Source: Mobula hypostoma (lineage: Eukaryota). Taken from it: 64,000 nt of DNA. Made by a program: the position numbers and the translations under genes. The DNA lies in NCBI RefSeq assembly GCF_963921235.1, contig NC_086097.1, positions 154,010,001 to 154,074,000 of the forward strand. The letters run 5' to 3'. Positions 52,812 through 64,000 of the stretch are shown piece after piece. The notes under the pieces are model-generated. The model was given only the letters and a program-made list of their open reading frames with translations, was not told the DNA's origin and made no database searches. Each line of letters starts with the position of its first letter. Position 1 is the first letter of the stretch.

Positions 52812-55394
52812 TCATGGAGCTATCTGTTGCTGAATAGAACTAGATAGTTGAATCCGGGACTTAAAGTCACTCTTAGGTTGACTGAGGGGATGTTCCTGAA
52901 AGCAAATAATCAGAAGCCAACCTTGATTTTCCTCCTCCTGCTACCTCTACAACCTACAGCCCCTACCCACCACTGACAAAGGTCACACATATGAACCAGT
53001 CACTGAGTACTTTCATGTATCTATCTGATTTTTGTTTTTGAAAATAACGAGATAAGTTTGATGACTGGAAATGTGTCTAATACACAACCTATGGTTGTTG
53101 CATATAATTCTAGTATAATCTTCCTTCTTTTATATTCAATGCTGATTAAAAAGTTTCCAATATGCCTTGTCAGCCACTTTACTGACCTTGCCTGACATTT
53201 TTAAATGTATAAAATTCTTATGAGGCTTATTAAGGCAGATGTGGGAATGATATTGCCCAGAATTTGCAGACTCAGGCAAGCAGACATTCAGGATAGAGAT
53301 GATTTATTTAAAAAAATCCACACAGACAACAGCGAATCTTAGAATCTGTTTTATCAAAGGTCGTGGAAAATGAGATGCTTATCCAAGATAGAGCTTGGAA
53401 GAATTTTGGCTAGTTAGGGAATTAAGAAATTAATATGGAAACATGACACTAATGCTAATGATCAGCCACTATTTATGTTCAGCAGAACAGATCCTGATGG
53501 CTCACTACTGCTTCTGGTACTTATCTTTTTGTGTTCTTATGGACGTGGTGATCAAGTAAATGTTGAAGTAAAAGATCTGATATGATCTTACTGAATGGTG
53601 GAGCAGGCAGAAGAGGTCAAATGGCTTGCTTCAGTTTCTGCTTGCATCGATGTAGCTAATCAGACAGGCCTTCCCTTACCACTGTCCCTGGTTTAATAAA
53701 TGGGGAGAATGGGGGATTGGTTTTCTCATTATCTTTATCCTTGAACAAACAGACAAGCATCGTCAGGAAGGCACTTTCAGATTTAAAGAATGGGCTATTT
53801 GACAAGATAACTTTTGATCGTTAATGCCCATGATACCGCTCCCATTCACACCAGTCCTTTCAAGGCAGGGAGAGAATAAGATTTGAAAGGAAAAAAAAAT
53901 TACATTTATGTTTCTATTGGAATGATATGACAATGTCAACTAGTTTTTAAAGGACAAAGCATGATATCTTTAAAAGAAACCATCTGAAGGATTGTAAACA
54001 GAGCATGAACTGTGTAATATAAGAAATGTCTATTTGTCAACCTTATATGCCAAGACTTGCTGAGTCAGAGCCTCTAGTTGTTTACCTATCCGTTGGAAGC
54101 AGTAACCTTCCATTGAACATGACATTTAGGTAGTAAGATCTCTGTTGTTTTGGACAGTGATCTTTTTCTCTGAATGCAGTTTTTTTTCTGTTACATTTCT
54201 TGTGATTTCACTATTTGTGCTATTTAGAGTCACAGAGTTACAAACACCATAGCACAGAAACAGGCCCTTCAGCCTGTCCATTCAGTGCCGAACCACTAAT
54301 CTGCCTCGTCCCATTGTCCTGCACCCAGACGATAGCCCTACTTACCCCTCCCATCCATGTTGCAATCCACCTCTTGCACTGGCAGCTTGTTGCACACTCT
54401 CACCATCTTCTGACCCTCACCCAACCTCAGTGTTTGCATTCACCCTATCCATACCTCTCATAATTTTGTATACCTCTATTAAAACTCCTCTCAGTCTTCT
54501 ATATTGTAGGGAATAAAGTCCAAACCTATTCAAACATTCCCAATTACTCAGGTCAAGTCCCAGCAACATCTTTATAAGTTTTCTCTGCACTCTTTCAATC
54601 TCATTTACATCTTTCCTGCAGGTAAGTCACCAAAACTGTTCACAAAACTCCAAATTAGGCCTCACCAACATCTTATACAATTTCAACATAACAATTTCAG
54701 CAGTACTGAATACATTGATTTATGAAGGCCAATATGCCAAAAGCTTTCTTTACGGCCCTAATAGCCTGTGACACCACTTTCAAGTAGTTATGAATCTGTA
54801 TTCTCTGATCACTGTTCTACTGCACTTCTTTGTGCCCCACCATTCACTGCGTAAAACCTACCCTGGTTGGTCCTCCCAAAATACAACACCTTACACTTGT
54901 CTATATTAAGTTTCGTCTGCCATTTAACTGGTCCTGCTGATCCAGAACCCACAGCAAGCTTGACAGTTTTCTTTGCTGTCCAATACAACCCCAATCTTGG
55001 TATCTTCCACAAATTTGCTGATCCCATTTACCACATTATCATCCAGATTGTTGCTATGGATGACAAACAACGAAGTACACAGCACCGATCCCTGTGGCAC
55101 TGCACTGGTCACAGGCCTCCAGTCAGAGAGGCAACTACCACTGTATGCCTTCTCCTGTGAAGCCAATGCCTAATTCAATTATCTACCTCATCATGAGTTC
55201 CAAGTGACATTCTTGATCAGCCTCCCATGTGAGACCTTGTCAAAGGCCTGGCTAAAGTCCATGTAGGCAACATCCACTGACTTGCCTTCATCAGCTTTCC
55301 TGGTAACTTCCTGGAAAAACTCTGTAACATTGATTAGACACTCACAAAGCCACGTTGACTATTCCTAATCAGTCCCTGTCTATCTAAATACTAA

Positions 55395-55718
55395 TGTCAC
55401 CGTGTGAGTTGACAGGCGACACTGAACTCAGGTTCAGAAAAATAACAGACCCCCATGTAGAGGCTGAAACAAGAGTTTATTCCAACAGAATATTGATGGT
55501 TTGACTGAACGACACTGCGAGATGAATTCTTCTCGGAACACGCAAGGAGCCTACGATCTGCACTAAATGGGAGTCTGCTTTAAATGAGCACAGTATGCTG
55601 AAAACCCATACCAGTCAATGTAAACTTGTCAAGATTAAGAAAGCACAAGAGCTTAATGACTATAGATAAGACAACAATTAACAAATACAGGTGCAGAGGC
55701 TCACATTGCATATGTCAA
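55395..55718 (-). mobile_element. Possible solo LTR inserted in CR1
   Basis: Non-CR1 block starting tgtcac. Minus-strand AATAAA (agtttatt) and an AT-rich TATA-like tttaaat occur in LTR order, and CR1 resumes at ttatatatcc. No clean TSD. Confidence 0.45.
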
Positions 55719-55849
55719 TTTATATATCCTGACCCTTAGAATACCTTCCAATAAATTTCCCAAAACTGATGTTAGGGCCACCAGCCTATAATTTCCCGTC
55801 TATTCTTAGAACCTTTCATAAAAATGGAAGAACAATAGCTATCCTTCTT

Positions 55850-57505
55850 TGATGACTCAGCAATAGTTGTGTGTATAATGGGAGGAAGAGAGGATGAATA
55901 CAGAGCCCTTAAGGAAGACTTTGTCAAATGGTGCAAGCTGAACCATCTGCAGCTCAACATCAGTAAGACAAAGGAGATGGTGATGGACTTTAAGCCTGCA
56001 TTGCTTTCTGTTATTATTGATAGTGTGGATGTAGATATGGTGAGGACCAACAAGTACCTGGGCTGCACCTGGGTGAAAGACTTGAGTGGAGGACTAACAC
56101 AGAGACTGTGTACAAGAAGGGCCAGAGTCACCTCTCGTCGTCATCGTGGCTATCCCTCGAGGTCGAGGATGATGGTCTTCATTCTGTTGATCTACTTGTG
56201 GGCTCTCAAGTGGCTTATGAGTCCAATCTTGACTTTGAAAGTTCTTCTGCATTCAGGACAGGTAGTTCCAGATGGCAGATTGGGCTTTCGTTGTTGCTGC
56301 CTCTCTTTCCATTTTCTTCTCTTTTCTTCTAATTCTGCACATCTGTTGGCTTCGGAAGTTGCTGTTCCTTCTTGGATGATGGCTCACCAGAGTTTCCTGT
56401 TCTTGGCATTGGTTTCCCGATTGTTGATGTCGATGTTACATTTCTTCATGTTGGCTTTTAAGATGCTTTTGAATCTCTTCTGTTGTCCGCCTCTTTTACA
56501 TTTGCCTTCTTTAAGCTGGGATTAGAAGATTAGTTTTGGCAGATGTTCTTCTTTCATCTGAACATGACCGCTCTATCTTAGTTGGTTCTTGATGACGAAG
56601 GCTTCAATGCTTGTTGTTTTTGCTTCATTTAGCACACTGACGCTGGTTCTTCTATCTTCCCAGCTTATGTTTAAGATGTTTCGAAGACAGCGTTGATGGA
56701 ACTTTTCAAGTGCCTTCAGATGTCGTAGGTATGTTGTCCAGGTTTCTGATGCGTACAGGTGCGTTGGGATTACCACTGCTTTGTACACTAACATTTTGGA
56801 GTCTGTTCGGATGTCACGATCATGAAAGACTCTTGTTCGGAGACGTCCAAAAGCTGTTCCAGCACACTTTCTATATCTTGGAAGTCATTTCTCCTCCAGT
56901 GTCGGCCTTAATGACGAGATCCACCATTGTCTTAAATGCGCTGGAACAGCTTTTGGACGTCTCAGTCGCCTCTTTTTCCTGAGCAGACAGGTCATTTAGA
57001 GTATGCAGGCCTCTCATTCACATGTCCTACCAGTCTGTTGTCACCAGTACAATCTTCGATGCAGTAGTGTGCTGGGGCAATAGCATCAACAAGGGTGATG
57101 CCAACAGGCTCAATAGACTGAATAGAAAGACTGGCTCTGTTATAGAAGTTAAACAGAACACACTGGACACAAAGGACCCTATGGAAAATGCTGACAATTC
57201 TGGACAACGTTTCTCACCTTCTGTATGCCACCTTGACTAAACAGGGGAATACTTTTAGTAATAGACTAAGACAACTGTGCTGCTCCAAAGAACGCTATAT
57301 GAGGTCATTCTTACCTTCAGCCATTAGGCTCTATAATGAGTCAACCTTTAGTCATGGAAGTGATGACCACCTCCTGTTAGACTGTGTATGGTAACTTATT
57401 TTTTATTCTTTCTACTAGTCTTCTAATATTTATATCTGTGCACTTTTAATGCTACTGTGACACTGTAATTTCCTTGCGATCAATAAAGTATCTATCTATC
57501 TATCA
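55850..57505 (+). mobile_element. Rex1/Babar LINE 3' fragment nested in CR1
   Basis: WCKLNHLQLNISKTKEMVMDF, KKGQS|RLF split by the RTE insert, RYMRSFLPSAIRLYN; (tatc)n tail. Confidence 0.9.
56136..56963 (-). mobile_element. RTE-clade LINE with 5' inversion, nested in Rex1
   Basis: VYKAVVIPTHLYASETWT, FHQRCLRNILNISWEDR, IGLISHLRAH. TSD agtc(a/g)cctct at 56126-56135 and 56964-56973. Confidence 0.9.
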
Positions 57506-60437
57506 TCCTCCGGCACCGCACCAATGGCTAAGGATATTTTAAGCAATCTCTGCACACTAGCCTCTCACAGGATCCAAGGGGACACCTTGTCAGACCCTGG
57601 GGATTTATCCACCCTAACTTGCCTCTCAACCTGAGGATCAAATCTATCCATAATTGCCTTGAAACAAACGTCAAAATGATATCTAGGTTCAAAGTGTTCT
57701 CCTACAAAAACCTCTGTCAACTTTCCTGCTTCATTCCCTAATAGGAAATCTAGTATCACACACTCTATTGTTGCAACTTCAATGTATGACTAAGGAAACT
57801 GTTCTGAACACATTTGACAAACTCTGTCCCATCTAATCCTTTTACAGTATTGGAGTCTCAGTCAGTACGTGGAAAGTTAAAATCTCTTACTATAACAGGC
57901 TTAAATTTCTTGCAACTGTCTGCAATATCTCTACAAATTTGCTCTGCTATATCCCACGGACTGTTGGGTGGTCTACAATATAATCCCATTAATGTGGTCA
58001 AGGCTTTTTTATTCCTCAATTCTACTCTTAAAGCCTCACTAGATGAGCTGTCCAGTCTGTCCTGGCTGAGCATTGCTGTGACATTTTCCTTAACTTGTAA
58101 CGCCACCCCTCCCCCTTTGATTCCCCTTGCTCCATCACATCTAAAACAATGGAATCCCAGAACACTGAGCTGCTAGTCCTTCCCCTCCAACAGCCAAGTC
58201 TCACTAATGGCCACAATGTCATAATTCCATGTGCTGATCCATTCCCTAAGCTCATTTGCCTTTCCTACAATACTCTTTGCACTGAAATATACACAGCTCT
58301 GAATATTAGTCGCACCATACTGATCCTACTCATTCTTTTGATTCTAAACTTTCTATGTAGGCTTAGCAACATCTTTCTCCTCAACCACTCTACTATCTGT
58401 TCTGGCATTCTAGTGTTCTAGTTCCCATCCCCTGCAATCTAGTTTAACCCCCACCCATGCAGCATTAGCAAACCTTCCTGCTAGGGTATTAGCTCCCCTC
58501 CAGTTTAGGTGCAAACCCTTCTCTAGAGGTCCCACCTTCCTTGGAAGAGAGTCCAAAAATTCAAAAATCTAAAGACTTCTCTTATGCATCATCTCCTTAG
58601 CCAACTGTTAAACTGAAACTGTATGATCTTCCTATTTCTGGCTTCATTGGCACATGGCACGATCACAATTCTGGAAGCCCTGTCCCTTGACTTGGCACGC
58701 AATTCCCTAAACTCACTTTGCAGGACCTTGTCACTTCAATGCAAGAACTTGGATCAATTTGCAACTGGTTGCATTGATGATCAGTAACAGGCATTCATAG
58801 ACAATGCTCAAAATACTAAGATGGAAACCACAGTTCCCAACACCCTGCTCCAGTACTGTTCCTCAGTTACAATCCTAACAATTCACATCTCATTGCACCA
58901 GTGTGACATTTATACTTTCCACATCAGAATTGTCATGGCCTCTGCAAACCAGATTGTCAATTTAATAGCCCAGTATCACAGAGTCATACAGTAAAGGAAG
59001 AGACCCCTTGGTAAATCAAGTCCATGCTAACTCATCTATGCTTTTCTCATTTACTAGTACATATTCCTTAGCTTCTGTTACCTTGGTGATTCACATGGTC
59101 AGCTAGATACTTTTATTTTGTGTTTCTACCAGCTTCTACCATCTACCATCTACTCAGACTGTGGGTAATAATAGCTTCTGGCTGTGGGCTTGCAGATACT
59201 GGAAGCTGAGTTTAAGCTGTTCAAAATTAATTTCACTATGAGCCACAATAACCCAGGAAAAAGAAAGGCAAGTAATTTGCTGAGCGCAGTATTCAATCTA
59301 TTCTGTTCTCATTATTGACACGATGCATGTGCACACCACTGGGGAAAAAACAGAAACATCAAATCACAATGAAGGACTGGTGAAAATTCCGGGTTCCTTA
59401 TTCTTAGTGGGTTTGCAGCTTTGAACCAAGCCTCACGGTTCAACTAATAATTCAGCTATCAACAACTGAAACATATGTCTAATTTACTAAAAAAAAACAG
59501 GCCAGGTGCCTCCTTTTGAAAATGTGTTATTGATTGAAGAAACTGTTCATGTAATCAATGCTGGCTAGATTTGATGACACAACAACCTCAGCTGTGTGAA
59601 GTAATTTATTGTACCTGATGTTTTTGGAGATTTGACTGTTGCGTTGAGCATCATGAATTTCTGTATTTTAGGAAAACCTCTGAAGTTCATTCACTCTATG
59701 GGCAGTAAATTATTTGGTAGATATTGAGTTTAAATTGCCAGGTACCCCAACAAAGCCAGGCTCAGTTTGTGCATATGCTATGCCACACTTACTACTGCAG
59801 AAAGTCAGAAGGTGCTTTCTTGGTCTGTCTCCTGACAGAATTTCAGCTGATTTCACATGCCAGATATTTCAAGACAGTTGTTGTGACCTTTTTTTTTATT
59901 AGAAGTAATGAGTTTTGTCATGCAGATTACATTACATCTTGGTGAATAACAGTTAATAAAACTGTCAGTGCAACATTTATTGCTGCATGATATTGTGCAT
60001 CTGTCTCAGTTTTTTTTAAAAACAGATGCTCCTACTTTATTAGAACCTACATAATATTTACATACATATGCATATAAATGGCTGCCATTTAAACCTCTAT
60101 TTCAAATTTAAAGATGTATATTGACTTTACCAATTTGATTAGTAATTTTGTTCTGGAAACCTTCTGACAAAAGTCAGAAGGCTGCATTCCAGCACAAAAA
60201 TCTAGGTGACTTCAGGACACAGGGAAGTTCAGTAGCCGTTTTCTCTTTCCCTCTCCAAATAACTCCTTTAACACAAATTTCTTATTATAATTGATCCAGC
60301 GATATTCAATGAAAGCCTCATGTGCCTTTGTTTCCTCCAGAATATATCATTCGAATATGCATTTGTGGCTAGAGTTTCAAGTTCAATAACAGGCCATAAT
60401 GTGTAAAAGCAACACTTCTAGACAAGAATATGAAGAG

Positions 60438-60620
60438 AAAATGCTGGAAACACTCAGTAAGTCAGGCTGCATCTGTCAAAAGGAATAGAATTCATGTTTC
60501 AGGTGAAGTTTGATGAAGGGTCTCAGACCTGTTTCTCTGTCAACAGATGCTGCCTGACCTATTGAGTGTTTCCAGCATTTTTATTTCTTATTATTTGAGA
60601 TTTTCAGCATCTGCAGTAAT
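60438..60620 (+). mobile_element. Old Penelope-like insertion with inverted 5' arm
   Basis: Arms 60438-60476 and 60543-60581 match 36/39 and flank a truncated tgatgaagggtctcag. Confidence 0.75.
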
Positions 60621-60635
60621 TTTTTAGTTTTCATT

Positions 60636-61190
60636 AGTGGGCTGGTTCATGCAAAATTACTGGCCGGCTGCAAGATTTGAATCAGCTTGTTCTGGACATC
60701 TCAGCTTGCACAGTCAGTTGCAGGAGAGATCCTGGCAGCTGGGGGATCTCCTGCTTCCCCAGTGGAGTTCAGGGGCAGAGAATTTTGCATCCATAACTCT
60801 TGCTTTACAACAGGGGTACCAGCAGGTGGGGGTCAGCAGCCCACGTAGGAAAAGGAAAGCCCTGATTTTAAACTTCCGCTGCCTTGTGGCCATACCCACC
60901 CATGGGAAAGGCTTTGGGACTGAACCCCGAGGAAGAAATCCGGAGCCGGGGCAGTTTGATGTTGTTTACAACTTCACTCTGGCAACCTCTGCAATGACAC
61001 TGGTGCCAAACTGTATCAGTACTTGCCCTTCCCTTGGACTACATTAGTGACGTGGAGAGGGGGGAACCCACTGCATGGGCAACAGTCAGTTCTTCAAATC
61101 TTCCCATCCAGGCTTGTTTCCTGGAGAAGACACAATCCACCAGAGGCTCAAGCCCATGATCCTCTGGGATCGACGGCTGCCTACTCACCG
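60636..61190 (+). mobile_element. GC-rich non-coding interspersed element, possibly RTE-related
   Basis: Sharp GC-rich block ending gggatcgacggctgcctac, with a taggaaaaggaaagccctgattttaaac motif reminiscent of RTE 5' UTRs. Single copy in this window. Confidence 0.4.
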
Positions 61191-62121
61191 AGCATATGTA
61201 GCAAACCCCCATTCAGTAAGTACCTTGATTGAAAAGATTAATGGCCGATTTCTTTTTACTTGTTTTACTTAATCTTCGTGTGTTTAATTAAGTTCTATTT
61301 CTGAACTACGTTTTAAATTCCTATACTCAGGGCAATGTGAAAATAACAATTATCCAGCCAGCACATCTTTGGTATATAATGGGAAACCTGAGTACACACA
61401 GAGAATGAGCCTCCTCCAAACAGACAGCAGCAGAGGCCAGGATCAGGCAGGTCAAATACAGCAGTGCAGCTCTCGATGCCGTCTTTCACTGGGAGCTTTT
61501 TACTCAGCATTTACCCAAGAGGACATCCCATAGTGACTTTCTCAGTGTAATCACTCCACTGCACTCAAGGAATAATTTTAAGAATGGTGAGACCCCAATC
61601 CCAGGTTCACCAACTCTCATATGTAAAACAATTATTATATATTTGTGAATAACTATGACATTCATAGTCAGCAGTATGTTCTATTAATAAAAGGAAACCT
61701 GCCTAAAATGTATACACATCTTTTTCTCAGTAAAGAAAATCTAAAAAATTTGCAGCTATTCAATTAAATAATCATTATCTCAGTGAGAGGGGCTACTGTG
61801 CCTGTGCTGGGTTTGACCTGGTGTCAAGCAATTTCCTATGGAGTTCACGCTGAGAAACCCAGCAGTGAGGGCACAGGGGTAACCAGCGGGATAGGAAGAA
61901 CCAGCAGGGTAGTTGGAAGTTCACAAATTGCCACTGCCAGCTTTAGTCTTCACAGGAACCTGAACACTGAGTAACCCTGGGCTAACACTCAATTACAGTC
62001 CTTGTCACTGACGTAGGAACGCAAGATCCAGCACAAACATCTTAGACATTTAAAAACAATCATAACCAAAAATAATTGCAACCTATAACAGTTACAAACA
62101 TAATAAAGATATTACATTTAA

Positions 62122-62189
62122 GATATTGCGTTCACCAGCAACTTTGATGTGTGTTGCTTGAATTTCCAGCATCTGCAGAATTCCTGTTG
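62122..62189 (+). mobile_element. Very short Penelope-like 3' terminus with 12-bp TSD
   Basis: TSD tattacatttaa at 62110-62121 and 62190-62201. After five extra 5' bases (gatat), the insert is identical to the end of the 30441-30720 copy. Confidence 0.85.
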
Positions 62190-63606
62190 TATTACATTTA
62201 AAACTTTTTTCTAAAAGTCATTATCTAATTCTTACCATGGTCTCTCACAACGGTCTACTAAATGTAAAGTAATGGGGAATCTTTCTTTACACTATACCCA
62301 ACCTGGCACAGGATGTTGATGAAGATTCCCATTGTAAATTGTGGGGAATCGCTGAAGCCTCTTATTTCCATGGTCTGTATTAACAACACTGCTGGCAAAA
62401 TAATAGTAAACCATTCACAGCAACTTCTGGATTTCTATGCTTCTGTGTATATGTGTGAAAATCTACCAAATGTTGACAGATTTTTCACTAGTTTTGCTGA
62501 CAGTTCCCTGCAAAACCATGGGCCACGCTTCTTATTGTCACTATTCATTAATTGCTCATTCTAAGGTGTTCTACCAGTTGAGAATGCAAATTGTGTACAT
62601 ATTTACTTTTTTGGAGTATGATTGAGTTGCAATTTGTTCATGATTGGTAGAACACTTCATTTTCAATAGGACATTGTATGAAGCAACCAGACCTTTAATC
62701 TATTGCTGAATTTCTGAAACATGCCAGCACTGAAATCTCTGACAGCATTACATATACCTTGAAGGAAGTACTGATAGATTCTATGGAGAAATTATTGAAT
62801 TAACTCTACACAATTATAAAACCTGAAAAGTGTAAATATGCTTCTTGCTGACTAAGCCCCATAGTACTTAGGATACACGACAAATGAATTAGATTTTATA
62901 TGCTGTGGGAATAAACGGATAATTGTTTAAGCCTGCGTTAAATTGTTCAGCATGTCATATTCTTCTATTGAATTAACATATGGAATACCTGTAAGAAATT
63001 CTAAAATGGATTTGAGTTATGATTCAACACAATGAGAATTAATTGTCAGGTTTGAACTGCTACCTTTTAAGAGATAAAGTGAAAGCATGGTATTAAACTT
63101 TTGAGGGAGGACAAAGCTATCTGGGCTTTGAAAGAGAAAACAGTCTCAAAATTGCCTGAATTTGAATGCAGATGTCGGATGATGAAAGTATGAATTTCAA
63201 AACTCACTGTTGTTGGTTGGCTTCCAAACACCACCAATTAGTGATGCATGAGATGAAGATCCCCTTGAATGGTATGCTGTAGGTATGAGAACACCTGTGT
63301 ACACAACTGTAGTTATTTGCTTTCAAGGCAAAAATAACTAATGAGGCTGTAATAAGAAGGAGTAAAGCAGAGCACACACTACGTAAAACACAAAGGCTTA
63401 TCTCTGGCCAGCATCCATCTGGAAGCTCTGTTCTGCAGGATCCATTGCTTGCAAGCCTTGTGCACCCAGGCCCACACTATCTTCAAGGCTCCATTCTCCA
63501 GGGACATGTTTCATTTGACATCTCCAACCCTCTGACCCCAAGTATCTTGCCAGCCAATGCTCTAAACCAGCCCCAGCCTAGTCCCATTCCCAGCTTCGTA
63601 CTTCTA

Positions 63607-63858
<252 letters not shown>

Positions 63859-64000
63859 TCAAGCAGTTTTCCTGTCAGGCTTAACAATCACGATTAAAGA
63901 GCTAAAAAACAAAGACTGGATCAGCAACAAATTTGCACATATAATGCTCATCTGAGAGTTCTTTATCCCTGGGTTGAATCACACACTTGAGGGGCTTAGA

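Larger units (their letters stand above)
54225..58730 (-). mobile_element. Long decayed CR1 LINE (endonuclease to 3' tail) split by nested inserts
   Basis: APE motifs VELRNKK...GLYCRPPN...DFNFP (57858-58106), RT WRPVTSAVPQGSVL (54924-55166), tail near 54230. Confidence 0.88.

Noticed and set aside
55869..56525. 218-aa ORF
   Set aside because: A chance fusion of a Rex1 frame with antisense RTE sequence.

Overview
Vertebrate nuclear DNA. The repeat mix of CR1, Rex1/Babar, V-SINE and Penelope-like elements points to a cartilaginous fish, probably a ray (inference). The only host gene I can support is FAM135B on the minus strand: its last three coding exons lie at 63812-63702, 52729-52616 and 51004-50799, with GT-AG phase-1 introns, followed by a repeat-poor probable 3' UTR. 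The remaining ~45 kb is intergenic and repeat-dense. It holds one full-length decayed Gypsy LTR element (21841-26285), many Rex1, CR1, RTE and Tx1/L1 LINE fragments, old SINEs and a ~800-bp non-coding family with a Rex-type tail. The most notable signal is a set of short Penelope-like insertions carrying a minimal hammerhead ribozyme motif (CUGAnGA...GAAAC-GUC). Several have 10-15 bp target-site duplications (TSDs), and one sits inside a 77-bp near-perfect inverted repeat. Also present are a 15-bp hairpin with a C(UACG)G loop, a 104-bp locally templated duplication, a three-level nested LINE stack with a 5' inversion, and repeat-free motif-dense blocks that may be conserved enhancers. Family names come from recognition by eye rather than database searches, and the boundaries of old repeats are approximate.
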